NCBI RefSeq assembly: GCF_000195855.1
Contig: NC_002677.1
Coordinates: 1,980,001-2,012,000, forward strand
Length of the DNA stretch: 32,000 bases
Direction of reading: 5' to 3'
From: Mycobacterium leprae TN
GTDB taxonomy: Bacteria > Actinomycetota > Actinomycetes > Mycobacteriales > Mycobacteriaceae
This document shows positions 1 to 12,059 of this stretch, one piece after another (positions within the stretch are counted from its first letter, which is position 1; the number at the start of each line of letters is the position of its first letter). A program made the translations under genes and the position numbers. The notes under the pieces were generated by a model. The model did no database searches. It saw only the letters and a list, made by a program, of their open reading frames with translations, and had not been told where the DNA came from.

Positions 1-48
1 CGGGAACGCACCGCACCCGAAGGTGATCCGCCGACGACTAGTTCACAC

Positions 49-63
49 ACCACCACCACCACC
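49..63. repeat. (ACC)5 = (GGT)5 trinucleotide microsatellite, preceded by (CA)3
   Basis: Direct reading of positions 44-63: cacaca then five uninterrupted ACC units. Confidence 0.9.
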
Positions 64-645
64 AACGCTGCGGTCGTCCGCTACGCGACGACATAGTTTA
101 GCTACGGTCAACCAATCGCGCAGCAGCCCAGCAGAATCGGATATGTCGAGGCGAGCTGTAGCCAACCATTCAATCTAAAGTGTTGACCGCACGGTAAACC
201 AAAACCCAGACACGCCGCCCACCGTCACCTACAGCAGCGACACCACCGCAGCGTCCGACGTGTTCTCTTCTACCGATTCGAATGCCGGACGTGTTAGGTC
301 CGAGCTTATCCAGCCGTGCCAGAATCGCGCCCGCACAACAATGATAGCAGCCACGACATCGCCCGTGTGCACCCGGTAAGTTCCCCAATGACACCCCAAC
401 TGGCCGTAGCGGTAGCCACGATCAACCAGGGCCGAATCTGACATATGGTGCTGCATGCAGCACCATATCCGGCAAGCCGACCACACCGGCCAACAAGCCC
501 ACATGCATCCCACTGGCAATCCTGCTGTCGCGGTAGGTAACTTGCCCTAACTTTGCAGCCGCTTGGCCGAACATACGCGACCGTATGACCCCGTTGCGGG
601 TCACCTATAGCACCAGATCAGCTCGGTAGCCGATCAGCACGCCGA

Positions 646-1819
646 CTATACGGGCCTGCCGTGTGAGCGCAAAAATCCTTGCGCACAAGCGACGCTAGTG
701 TCGTGCTGCGTGCAGACGAACGCGCGGACTTCCTCGACAAACAGCTCCGGTTGTTCAAATGCGGCAAAGTGACCACCGCACGGCATGGGTTGTTCAGTGT
801 GTGATGTGGTAGCCTGGCTCGCACCCACTCCTCGGCAGGAGCAGAATCCCCTTGGGGAAAGCCCTGATACGCGTCGGGAATTCCGCCCCGACCAGGTGTT
901 TGGAAGGCGTCGTAGTTCTCCCCGTACAACCGGGAAGCCGAAGCGTCGGTACTGGTCACCCTATAAACCATTACCATTACGTTGTCGAAGAGCTCATCCC
1001 TGCCGAGTATGTTCTTTGAATTCTCATCGCAGTCCATCCACGCCCAAAACTTCTCGACAATCCACCCCAGTTGTGCCACCGGCGAATCAAGGAGTCCACA
1101 GCTCGATGTCTAGGTTCGGGTCGACTGCTGTTTAGAATAACCGGTTCCAGTACAACGATGCCTGGCTAGCCCAGCCAGGATCTGCTGCTCTTCAGTGGTT
1201 AGACTGATGAGCGTCTCCGCTGGGAGCCGGCCGATCGGCATGACATGTTCAGATGAATGACAAAGCAATGCAAGCGGTTAGGACCCAGCTGCATGGTAAC
1301 GGCTGCACCCCAGTCGCCGTCATGGGCACCGTAGCGGTCGTAGCCAAGGAACACCATGAGCATCTTCTAAGCCGACACGATACTTTTCAACGCCTCATCC
1401 GGTGCGGGCAGATCTGCCAGAGAAGCCGTATCCGGGCAGAGATGGACAGATAAACGTGTAATGTGTCTTCGGCGCGTCCACCGTGAGCCATCGGATCGGT
1501 CAGCGACTCAAATCACTTTGTGAAATTACCCCAGCTAGCCGTAGGTGATCAGCAACGGGAAGGCGTCCTCATGCCGGGACCGTTGATGGATGAAATGACT
1601 TTCCAGAAGGCTGATTTCGGTGATGAACTGATCCAGGTGGTTGAGCGCTGCCTCCCGAAACCGCTAGTCGTATCAGTAGGTTCAGTAGGTTGCCAAGCCG
1701 CGGGTGTAACCCAACGGCATCCCCTGGTGCCAGTCATCTACACATTCGGCCTAGGGCCATCGGGTGCGCGCTAGGCGGAAGCGTAAATCATCGAGAACAT
1801 TGATGGGAAACGGTTTCAC
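646..1819 (-). pseudogene. Epoxide hydrolase (N-terminal EHN domain plus alpha/beta hydrolase) pseudogene
   Basis: Minus-strand fragments lie in at least three frames and are separated by stops: VKPFPINVLDDLRFRLARTRWP, SHFIHQRSRHEDAFPLLITYG, LMVFLGYDRYGAHDGDWGAAV, LGWIVEKFWAWMDCDE, GGHFAAFEQPELFVEEVRAF. The order and the roughly 390-codon span fit this family. Confidence 0.65.
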
Positions 1820-2446
1820 TGACGAAAAGTCTTTGCGACCCGGTGTCGGGGACACTAATCCTCCGCTAGCTTTTGCCCGACCTCGCCCTTGGTCTGCTCT
1901 AGATTCAGTCACCCGGCTGTCCGGTGCCTAAATCAACTTGCGGACATTCTCTACCAGTATCACACATATCAGCCGCGTAGCGCATCCACTGCGACTATAG
2001 ATCCGCCTTGGTCGCCGGCTGTTGCTCGGACGACAACAGCACGACGGACGGTACTCGTCTTGCTGCTTTTCAGCACCGCCCTGCCGCTCGGAGAATCAGA
2101 CCGCCCGTCCTACCGCCGCCGACGTTGCCATACAAACTCAGCACCGACAACGGACCTTCAGGGATACTGTCGTCTAGCTGTGCAAAGACGGTGAGCACGA
2201 ACGACAAAAAAACCGTCGAACCACTGATGTGTAAATTCGGGCAAGGCCATCGACCGCATTTCACGCAGTCCCATACTCATGTCTTGGCACAGCGCGAGTT
2301 TGGTCGCCAAACGTTCGATCGCCCTATACATGACTAAACTTGCCTTTTCGCTGCGAAAACCTCACGATCCAGCTACCTAATGGTAGGTATATATTCACCA
2401 TACACTGGGCCAAGAGGAAATGTGAGGTGCCATCGTGGCCATCAAG

Positions 2447-2716
2447 ATGAAGCGCATCGAGCTTCACGCATAGTAAGCGACTCTGGACCGCATTCAGCGA
2501 GCCGCCAATAGTTCTGCATAAGCAAACCGCGGAAATGCGTGCAGAAAGCAGCGATGCAACGCATCGAGGACGGGCCTGCGGCAGGAGCTGTTAACGTTAT
2601 GGAGCCCGAACAGTCCGACAAGCTGATGTCCTGGCTGGATGTTGCTGACGCCGCGTCGCTACTGGCAGCAGCCGCACGTATGCCGATACGTGTATCAAGG
2701 GAATGTTGACGAATGT
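2447..2716 (+). pseudogene. DUF1778 (TacA-like) antitoxin relic
   Basis: ATG at 2447 gives MKRIELHA, followed by two stops. Shifted frames then give ATLDRIQRAA, SKPRKCVQKAAMQRIEDG and LMSWLDVADAASLLAAAARM. Length is about 90 codons and it sits directly upstream of the GNAT relic, as in TacAT modules. Confidence 0.4.
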
Positions 2717-3229
2717 TTGAGTCCACACGGCTGGATAACAACCACATGTTGGCGGGTTAAGCTATGATAAGGAGTTGCTGACCACCTGGCTGTTTCAGCA
2801 GGCCCGCCGCACGGATAGCAGCTAGTAGCGCACGTGTACGTTTGGACTTCGCTCGGGGAACCGAAAGTCGGTACCTCTTTCGCTATCTGTCCCACCAAGG
2901 TGGTACGCAAAGATGACAATGTGTCGAAGACCATGGCTGCGGGATTTTCCCGCCTACCCGAGTATTCGATTACTCGCCTAGCAATCGATGTAATACTACA
3001 TGGAATGGACAGAGATACGGCAAACAGATGTTCCTAGATGCACTAAGGAAAGCCGTCGCTGCATCGGAAATCGGTGGAGGGACAGCTTATCCTCGTCAAT
3101 ACGATAGACGAGGATAAGCTGTCATTCTATGCGCATTAACACTTCATCCCTAGCAGGAACCGTGAGCTCCGTCTGGTAATGAAGGTGTCCACCGCAACGA
3201 AGGTCCTCGGGGAGCGCTGGAGGGACTGA
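2713..3229 (+). pseudogene. GNAT acetyltransferase toxin (TacT-like) relic
   Basis: Fragments: FESTRLDNNHMLAG, VYVWTSLGEPKVGTSFAICPTKV, FSRLPEYSITRLAIDV, QMFLDALRKAVAASEIGG, GQLILVNTIDEDKLSFYAH(stop)HFIPS, LRLVMKVSTATKVLG. These follow the GNAT A/B motif order but are broken by frameshifts and in-frame stops. Confidence 0.5.
3081..3123. repeat. Perfect inverted repeat with 17-bp arms and a 9-nt spacer
   Basis: gacagcttatcctcgtc (3081-3097), aatacgata, gacgaggataagctgtc (3107-3123). The arms are exact reverse complements. It lies inside the GNAT relic. Confidence 0.95.
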
Positions 3230-3364
3230 ATATATCTTTGCCATGCGAACGTGTTTGATCTAGGCGTTGTCGAATAGATGAATGCGCCCACTTCACCGCT
3301 AGTCAGATACAAGACGAATTCTTTTGTTTCGTAACGGCTCTCACGTTAGTGACAAACTCTACGT

Positions 3365-4171
3365 AGACCGCCAAGAGACGAGGGAGTGGAGGTCCAACCG
3401 AATGTTGACTTTTGCGACGGCGTCGGCCAGGAAGATCGTCAGCCGGGAGGAATCGGCGGCTTTGGCAAAGCTAGGACCCTAGTGCGAATAGACGGCCAAT
3501 CTTGCAGACCATGTCCGCGATGGAGCATCGGTAGCCTTTGTTTCGGCGGCACGGTTCGCAAGGATGTCCTGGACCGCTGCGCCGATCTCGGTCAATGACG
3601 GATGCCCGGTCGTCTGAGTAAAGGTGCGCCAGTAACATAAAGGTCCACCAGGTCACAGGCACGGTTGTTGACAAACGCAGGCGGGGGTCGTATGGATCCG
3701 TGGAGACACGGACCTTCTGGGCAATCTGACAACGCATCGACCAAGCTGAAGGAGGTGGTCCGGGTAGGCCAGCCCGAATCCAGTAAATTAGGGTGAGGGA
3801 GTCTGCTCGGCGTTATCTCGGCCCGGCCTTCTTCGGGGGGATACTTCGATCTGGACTCGTCGCAAATTAACACTGTTGAGTAGCACAGTCATGTCGAAGC
3901 GCCGTGGCTTGATGAGCTTGTGTGGGACATCGATGATCTCAACTTCTCCGCGCACGAGCGTCAGTGGTCCCCAGGGTTTTCCGAAAGTCACGTCCAGTTC
4001 TGTTAGGCACCGATCAATGTCCCCACGTACCAGGTCGCCGATGTCTTGGGTAGGTCGAGTGACCATGCTGGGCAAACGGTATTGCATCGTGGTACCGCCC
4101 TGAATCAGGAACAACGCGGCGCCGGACTCATCTACGGGCGCGTTGAAGCGTGGCGGTAACGACTGTTGCAA
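3365..4171 (-). pseudogene. AbiEii-type nucleotidyltransferase toxin relic (copy 1)
   Basis: AALFLIQGGTTMQYRL (the GG-T-A region), QIAQKVRVSTDPYDP and NNRACDLVDLYV lie in different frames across ORFs 3788..4171, 3592..3873 and 3471..3737. It sits directly downstream of the AbiEi-like gene. Confidence 0.5.
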
Positions 4172-4883
4172 CGACCAGCCAGCACAAACGCGTACCGGTT
4201 GATGATCCGAAGCTGTCCTGGATTTTGGGTGATCCAGGTACGGAAGACTCGAGCAGACAACGGCAACTTGTCTTTCGGTTTTAGTCGATCCAGCAACTGC
4301 GCAAAGTTGAACGGCTCATCCACTGCCATCGCGAGACTCCAAAGCTGCGGCGAGTTGTTCGACTTCGGCCGGGCAGGCAGACAACTGGTGCAGTCAGTCG
4401 TCCGGTCCAGAGCTGAGCATATCAGGTAGGTCGGCCCACCGGAGGAAATGCGCTGGAAAATCGCCGTAGGTACGTTCACCATCGGTATCCCTTGCCACCA
4501 TGTCACCTGTCTCGCGTCAAGGTCCTGTGTAGTGGACAATGTAAAGTCCACCAGCGGTACGACAGATACGCCGGCGACGAGCGACAGTGCGGTGGATACG
4601 GTCGAGATTGATGCCGCTGACCTATCCCACACAGCCAGCACCGAGTCGTGGCTAAGGACACGCCAGTACATAACACGGCCAGTTGGTACTGATCGAACTC
4701 GGTCTCCGCAACCTGTGGCTTCCGGTAAACACCATGGGCAACGGGGTCCAACAGGTCACGGGCAACCATCGCCGACAACTCGGCGTGCGATACACCTTCC
4801 TTCACAGCCTGCGCAGTTGTAACGAACCCATGCTGATCCAGCGCTACCTCACGTAGTCGCTCCAGCCTCGTCACCACAGCCAT
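4132..4883 (-). pseudogene. AbiEi-type antitoxin/transcriptional regulator, frameshifted after the N-terminal domain
   Basis: ORF 4503..4883 begins MAVVTRLERLREVALDQHGFVTTAQAVKEGVSHAELSAMVARDLLDPVAHGVYRKP, an AbiEi N-terminal wHTH pattern. The continuation (SHDSVLAVWD, IPMVNVPTAIF) is in another frame, in ORF 4132..4671. Confidence 0.5.
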
Positions 4884-4898
4884 GTCAAAGCCTTAGCC

Positions 4899-5745
4899 TT
4901 ATGTAAAATTTGACATTAAATGACCTGATGAGCTACCGCAGAGAAAACTTCCCGCGCCGGGCTCAAGCAGCCAGGTCTTGCGCTCGCCAAAGGCCATCAC
5001 CACGGTCGATGCAGTTGCCGAACGCGCATGACGGCACGGATTGAAACGATGACGTATGTGAACGTCTATAAGCGCTGCACACCAGGACTCGATCCGTGTC
5101 AATCGGACCATCTCAGCAGCTGCACCACAATTTTAGTTCACAAAACGAGGCCCACGCTAGGCCTGATCGACCTGGAGAATCTAGGCATTGATCCCGGCAA
5201 CGGCTGTGTCGAGCGACAGGTTCGATGCTCGTTGAGGCCGCGGCCCGCTTGTAGGGGTCACCCCAGGGGGTTGTCCGACCATGGTTGGCAGCCACGTCCT
5301 TGGCGGCTACACCAAGTTGCTTCTTAGCTTCATGAGCTCGGGCCCGAAAACAGAGCCACCCCGGCTGCATGGATTGCGGTCAGCGTCGGGCCTTCGATCT
5401 CGGCCACAAGGGCGCACAACAGGAACAAGTCGACTAAGTCGCAGGCATGCCCGCTGATAGAGTCTGACAGTTCGTAGGGGTCGGAGACCACATGGAATCT
5501 TTTGTGCAATCTGAAAGCACATGGCGATTCCAGCGGGGGTGTCGGAGTCCCGCAGGCCAAACTGACTGAGTGGCGGCGACCCAATTACTTCGAAGTCTTA
5601 ACCGATACCTGACTCGCGGAATGAGACTTATTTGCCAACACCTAGGACGCATTCGGCCAAATTCTCGAGAAGTGGCTGTGACGAACCCCTTGACAACTGC
5701 TGGCTGTATAGAATGACTATATTCAGACCCATGGGTTTCTATCAT
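4899..5745 (-). pseudogene. Second AbiEii-like nucleotidyltransferase relic (copy 2)
   Basis: QIAQKI in one frame and HVVSDPYELSDSISGHACDLVDLFLL in another parallel the copy-1 motifs QIAQKV, STDPYDP and ACDLVDLYV. The N-terminal half is poorly readable. Confidence 0.35.
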
Positions 5746-5749
5746 GGAT

Positions 5750-6800
5750 CCATCGCATCCTATTCATTGTCATCGGATCCGCTTTTCGTCAACGTTTGCT
5801 AGTCGTGCAACACAATACATTTGATGTTTGCGGACCCTCAATCGCTAAGTGGTTGCCCATCTCCGAGTAATAGGTCATCAGAAATATGACTCAGCAGTAA
5901 CCATAAGCACGAAATTTAATTTGAGGTGTGACTGTTATCAGCAAACTATACTTTTGCGTATTGTCGTGCTCAGAAATAATTCTACATAACTCAAGTATGG
6001 GATCATTCAGAATGATAATCAAATGGTAACCCATTGTCAGTTCGAACTTCATCTCATCAAAGAAAAAGCTTTGGCGACTGGAACAATAATCTGGAGGTAG
6101 CGTGTTCCATGCTAACTCGACAGATTTATCTGCCGAATATTTGACGAAGGCTGACTCCGTTGCATCTCGCCGATCGCCAACAGCTTCACCACTGGTTCAT
6201 CTGCTTCAATTCAACAATCACTGATTCCACATCTATAGCTATCTCGGCGGCAATCGTTCCATCAGGGAGTTACTATGTAGTCATCGCAGCATGCTTCACT
6301 CAGGCGACCTTCGTGCTGTGCCAAAATTTGACAGTCCAACTTTATACAAAATTTCTGACATAGTTTATCGAAGGTCTTCCAACAGGCTATAGTGTAATTC
6401 GCTAGTCTTAGTTACTAAATACAAAAGCATTCGGATGGTCTAGATACCATTTTCTTTCCCGTACATGTATGCTACTACATCGAATGGATAGGTCGGGATC
6501 ACTTCAGTGGGCAACGTGATACTTGCCGGCCGGCAGGGCTGTCACACAGAAATATGTTGACATTATTTAGCTTTGACCTTTTTATCCACGTAGTGATGTG
6601 TTTTAAAATCCGATTATTCCACTGTGATTTCCGTCAGCGTGAATCTTTCCTAGCCACATAACAACGATAGTAATTCAAGTAGCGAAATGAATAAATTTAT
6701 CAACTTCTCCGGCTGTATCTCTCCCAGAATAAATGTGGCAGCGTAATAATCCTAACGTTTTCCGTCGCAACTTCACGGTATTAATTTCCAGGAGCGGCAT
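5750..6800. other. AT-rich island with no intact gene (decayed or foreign DNA)
   Basis: Hand counts of G+C in the 60-nt lines starting at 5881, 5941, 6361 and 6601 give 21, 21, 21 and 23 of 60 (35-38%). An aceE line at 9421 gives 38 of 60. Stops are dense in all frames. One minus-strand frame is open for about 100 codons (6196 down to about 5895) with no recognisable family. Confidence 0.7.
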
Positions 6801-7155
6801 AGTTATGGAAACTGCCCAAGTATCCCAGCAGTCTAGATGGACAGCAACGCCCCACCCCAGCCTGCAATCCAGACGCGTCAGCCAAAGACGAGCAGGGTAT
6901 GTTCATGTTGTCGTAGTTAGCCCCACTTGCAGATACCCAGTTTCAGGCAGAAGCGTTCGCGCCGAATCCCGAACACTGCCAAACGAACGTAACTTGCCAA
7001 CGTCCGCGGCGATGCAAACTAAAACCGCCAGCCCACGGTCACGAAAATCTCTGATTTCATCTGTATAACTCGCTATCGTCGAAAAAATTCGAGTTTTGGA
7101 CGGCACCGGCGAACGCTATGCTAGGCGGCGCGGCGTGCTAGGACGATTGAAGTTA

Positions 7156-7179
7156 CCCCCCCCCCCCCCCCGGGGGGGG
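7156..7179. repeat. C16G8 homopolymer pair (self-complementary)
   Basis: Direct count gives 16 C (7156-7171) immediately followed by 8 G (7172-7179). It lies 61 nt beyond the 3' end of tRNA-Val. Confidence 0.95.
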
Positions 7180-7239
7180 TGTCGCCTGGCAGGCTGTTAG
7201 CCTGAGAAAATGCTGTATCTGTGTGGACCGCACAAGCAC

Positions 7240-7314
7240 TGGTGGGCGCGGACGGTATCGAACCGCCGACCGCTGGTGTGTAAAACCAGAGCTCTACCAC
7301 TGAGCTACGCGCCC
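7240..7314 (-). tRNA. tRNA-Val (anticodon TAC), with encoded CCA
   Basis: Reverse complement gives acceptor GGGCGCG paired with CGCGCCC, discriminator A and CCA. The anticodon stem-loop ctggt-tttacac-accag has TAC at positions 34-36. A T-arm GGTTCGATACC is present. Length is 75 nt. Confidence 0.9.
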
Positions 7315-7372
7315 CATGCCCGCCGCAGGCTACACGCCCGAAGGTCAGCCACCCAAACTTCAAACCCTTAGA

Positions 7373-7829
7373 GCACTTAGAGCAGCTAAAGCTGTGAGTT
7401 TACAGCCGCTGATCGCGGACCTCACCGAGTTGCTTCATCTCGGCGAACCAAAATGATCCCCGACCGATCGACGAAAAAAGTACCACGGTTGGAGTAGCCG
7501 GTGGTGTCACTTGAACACAACGCAATGCTGGTTGACCTGACCATGCGGCCAGAAGTCCGACAACACCGGAAACAGGCATCCGCTCCGGGTCGCCCAGATC
7601 TTGTGGGTGGTGGCTCGACCGAAATGGCCAGCGCCATGCTGTCGTCGTTTTCGAATTCAGGCAGACGATCGCGCAATTGGTGCACCTCAAACTTTAGCAA
7701 ATCCCGGTGAATGCCAGCGAGAAAACGCCACCAGCACATTCTTGGTGCCGTGATAGCCGCTGAGCATGACAGACCGCTGATTCTGGTCGCGCAGCGTGAA
7801 GTCGGGGCGGTGACTCCGAAGCCCAGCAT
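7373..7829 (-). pseudogene. ahpE: Peroxiredoxin AhpE pseudogene (Rv2238c equivalent)
   Basis: MLGFGVTAPT, HQLRDRLPEFENDDSMALAISVEPPPT and NRGTFFVDRSGII are in one frame. FAEMKQLGEVRDQRL is in another and ends in a premature TAA. The intervening segments are out of frame. Confidence 0.8.
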
Positions 7830-8251
7830 CAACGCTTCCCGATCCGCGACTTCGGCTGAACTAACCGGCTAGCGCTCCAGTCACCCAAGTTGACCGAAGA
7901 GGTCAGCATCAGGCCGGCGGTAGGAGCCGCTTCCGCGATCTCGGCGGGTGGTACGTGACCGGGCTTTCCGGTCTTGGGAGTCAACACCCAGATCACGCCG
8001 TCTTCGGCGCGCGGGGTGATCGCGTCCATCAGGGTGTCCACTAGATCCCCGTCTCCGTCTCGCCACCACAGCAAAACGACGTCGACTACTTCGTCGGTAT
8101 CTTCATCGAGCAACTCGCCACCACACGCCTCTTCAACCGATGCGCGAATGTCGTCGTCGGTGTCTTCGTCCCAGCCCCACTCTTGGACAACTTGGCCTTG
8201 TTGGATGCCCAATTTGCGAGCGAAGCTCGGGGTGTGATCCGCCGCGACCAC
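7829..8251 (-). CDS. DUF3052 conserved hypothetical protein (Rv2239c-like)
   Basis: Intact 140-aa ORF with a GTG start. The acidic WGWDEDTDDD and VVLLWWRDGDGDLVD signature is typical of this actinobacterial family. Position is syntenic, next to ahpE. Confidence 0.8.
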   Translation of the reverse strand: MVAADHTPSFARKLGIQQGQVVQEWGWDEDTDDDIRASVEEACGGELLDEDTDEVVDVVLLWWRDGDGDLVDTLMDAITPRAEDGVIWVLTPKTGKPGHVPPAEIAEAAPTAGLMLTSSVNLGDWSASRLVQPKSRIGKR

Positions 8252-8404
8252 CGTGGAGCCTCCTTAGACAACTATCTGCGAAACTGATCTGCACGCCGTT
8301 GCGATGGGCACTATCGTCGCACAAGCCGACCTCGACCCAGGAGACCACCTCAGCACGAAGCCCGGCATAGTTTCAATGCTTTACGTCTTGATGCCGTTAA
8401 GCTA

Positions 8405-8880
8405 ATCGACCCACCTGGTGAACTCCAACGTCGGAGCGTACGTGCCAATGGTGTTGGCCACCAAACGGGCAGCGTCGACATACGCGTTGAGCACATCAAA
8501 CAGCTGTGACGACAACGCCTCGGTGAAACCTACTGACAACCGTCGAAGCGCTGTCATTCGGCACGTCTATGGCCGAGCGTTCAGTCGGACCAATGTTGCA
8601 GCCCTGATTGAACGCCCAGACAAAGACGTTTACCTTGTCGATAGCGAAGCTTCTGGTGATAACAAGTTGAGTCACACGAGCTGCGAATTGTCTTGGTGGT
8701 CAGCGATTGTTGCCGCTGGAACTCTCGGATGCTAGACGTCGCCGCCGAAGCCGACAACGAAGCACAGCTAGGCCGAAGCGACCACGGTGTCCGGCGTCAC
8801 TGTTCCATCGATGAGAGCGGTACAGCCCACGAGGCCCATCAAGGCCGCCGCACTACCGTCAAGCAGCAGCGCACCTCACC
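8405..8880 (-). pseudogene. Possible lipoprotein relic (position of Rv2240c)
   Basis: Minus-strand fragments LLLDGSAAALMGLVGCTALIDG (a lipobox-like LVGC) and [41 protein letters not shown](stop) lie in different frames with several stops between them. The family was not recognised. Confidence 0.25.
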
Positions 8881-9163
8881 TTAGGCCTCTATTAGGACCG
8901 TCCCCCGCGTGCCTGAGCGGGATGGCACGTCATGTGATGAGCACAACTTGTTACGTTGCCGGATCACAATTCCAACCGCTCGCGACGCGTCAGGTTCGGG
9001 TCGACAAACGGTCTCTCGTGACGTCATTCACTCGAGGACCGCCAAGGGCAACCGGGGCGGCTAACGGCCCGAAATACCGGTGCGGCACGATAGGGGGCGA
9101 TGGTCCAGATAGCCCCAAAGGCATCATCCCAAATAATGCCCCGCCAACTACAGGAGTAGTGCG

Positions 9164-11974
<2,811 letters not shown>

Positions 11975-12059
11975 CATAATCCGGTCCCCGGTAAGACACC
12001 AGTAAGAGCCGAGCATTGTTTTGGGGAAAACTTCCAGAAATCTGGCGTAGCTTTTAGGA

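Noticed and set aside
170-604. Overlapping minus-strand ORFs at the left edge (170..394, 229..519, 422..604) that may be remnants of a gene.
   Set aside because: I could not match the fragments to any family, so the region is left unannotated rather than guessed.
6160-6363. A 67-aa ORF on the plus strand in the AT-rich island.
   Set aside because: No recognisable Shine-Dalgarno site or family, and an ORF of this size is expected by chance in AT-rich sequence. The island itself is reported as a finding instead.
7121-7363. An 80-aa minus-strand ORF spanning the tRNA and the homopolymer tract (contains PPGGGGG).
   Set aside because: It is an artefact of translating tRNA-Val and the C16G8 tract.
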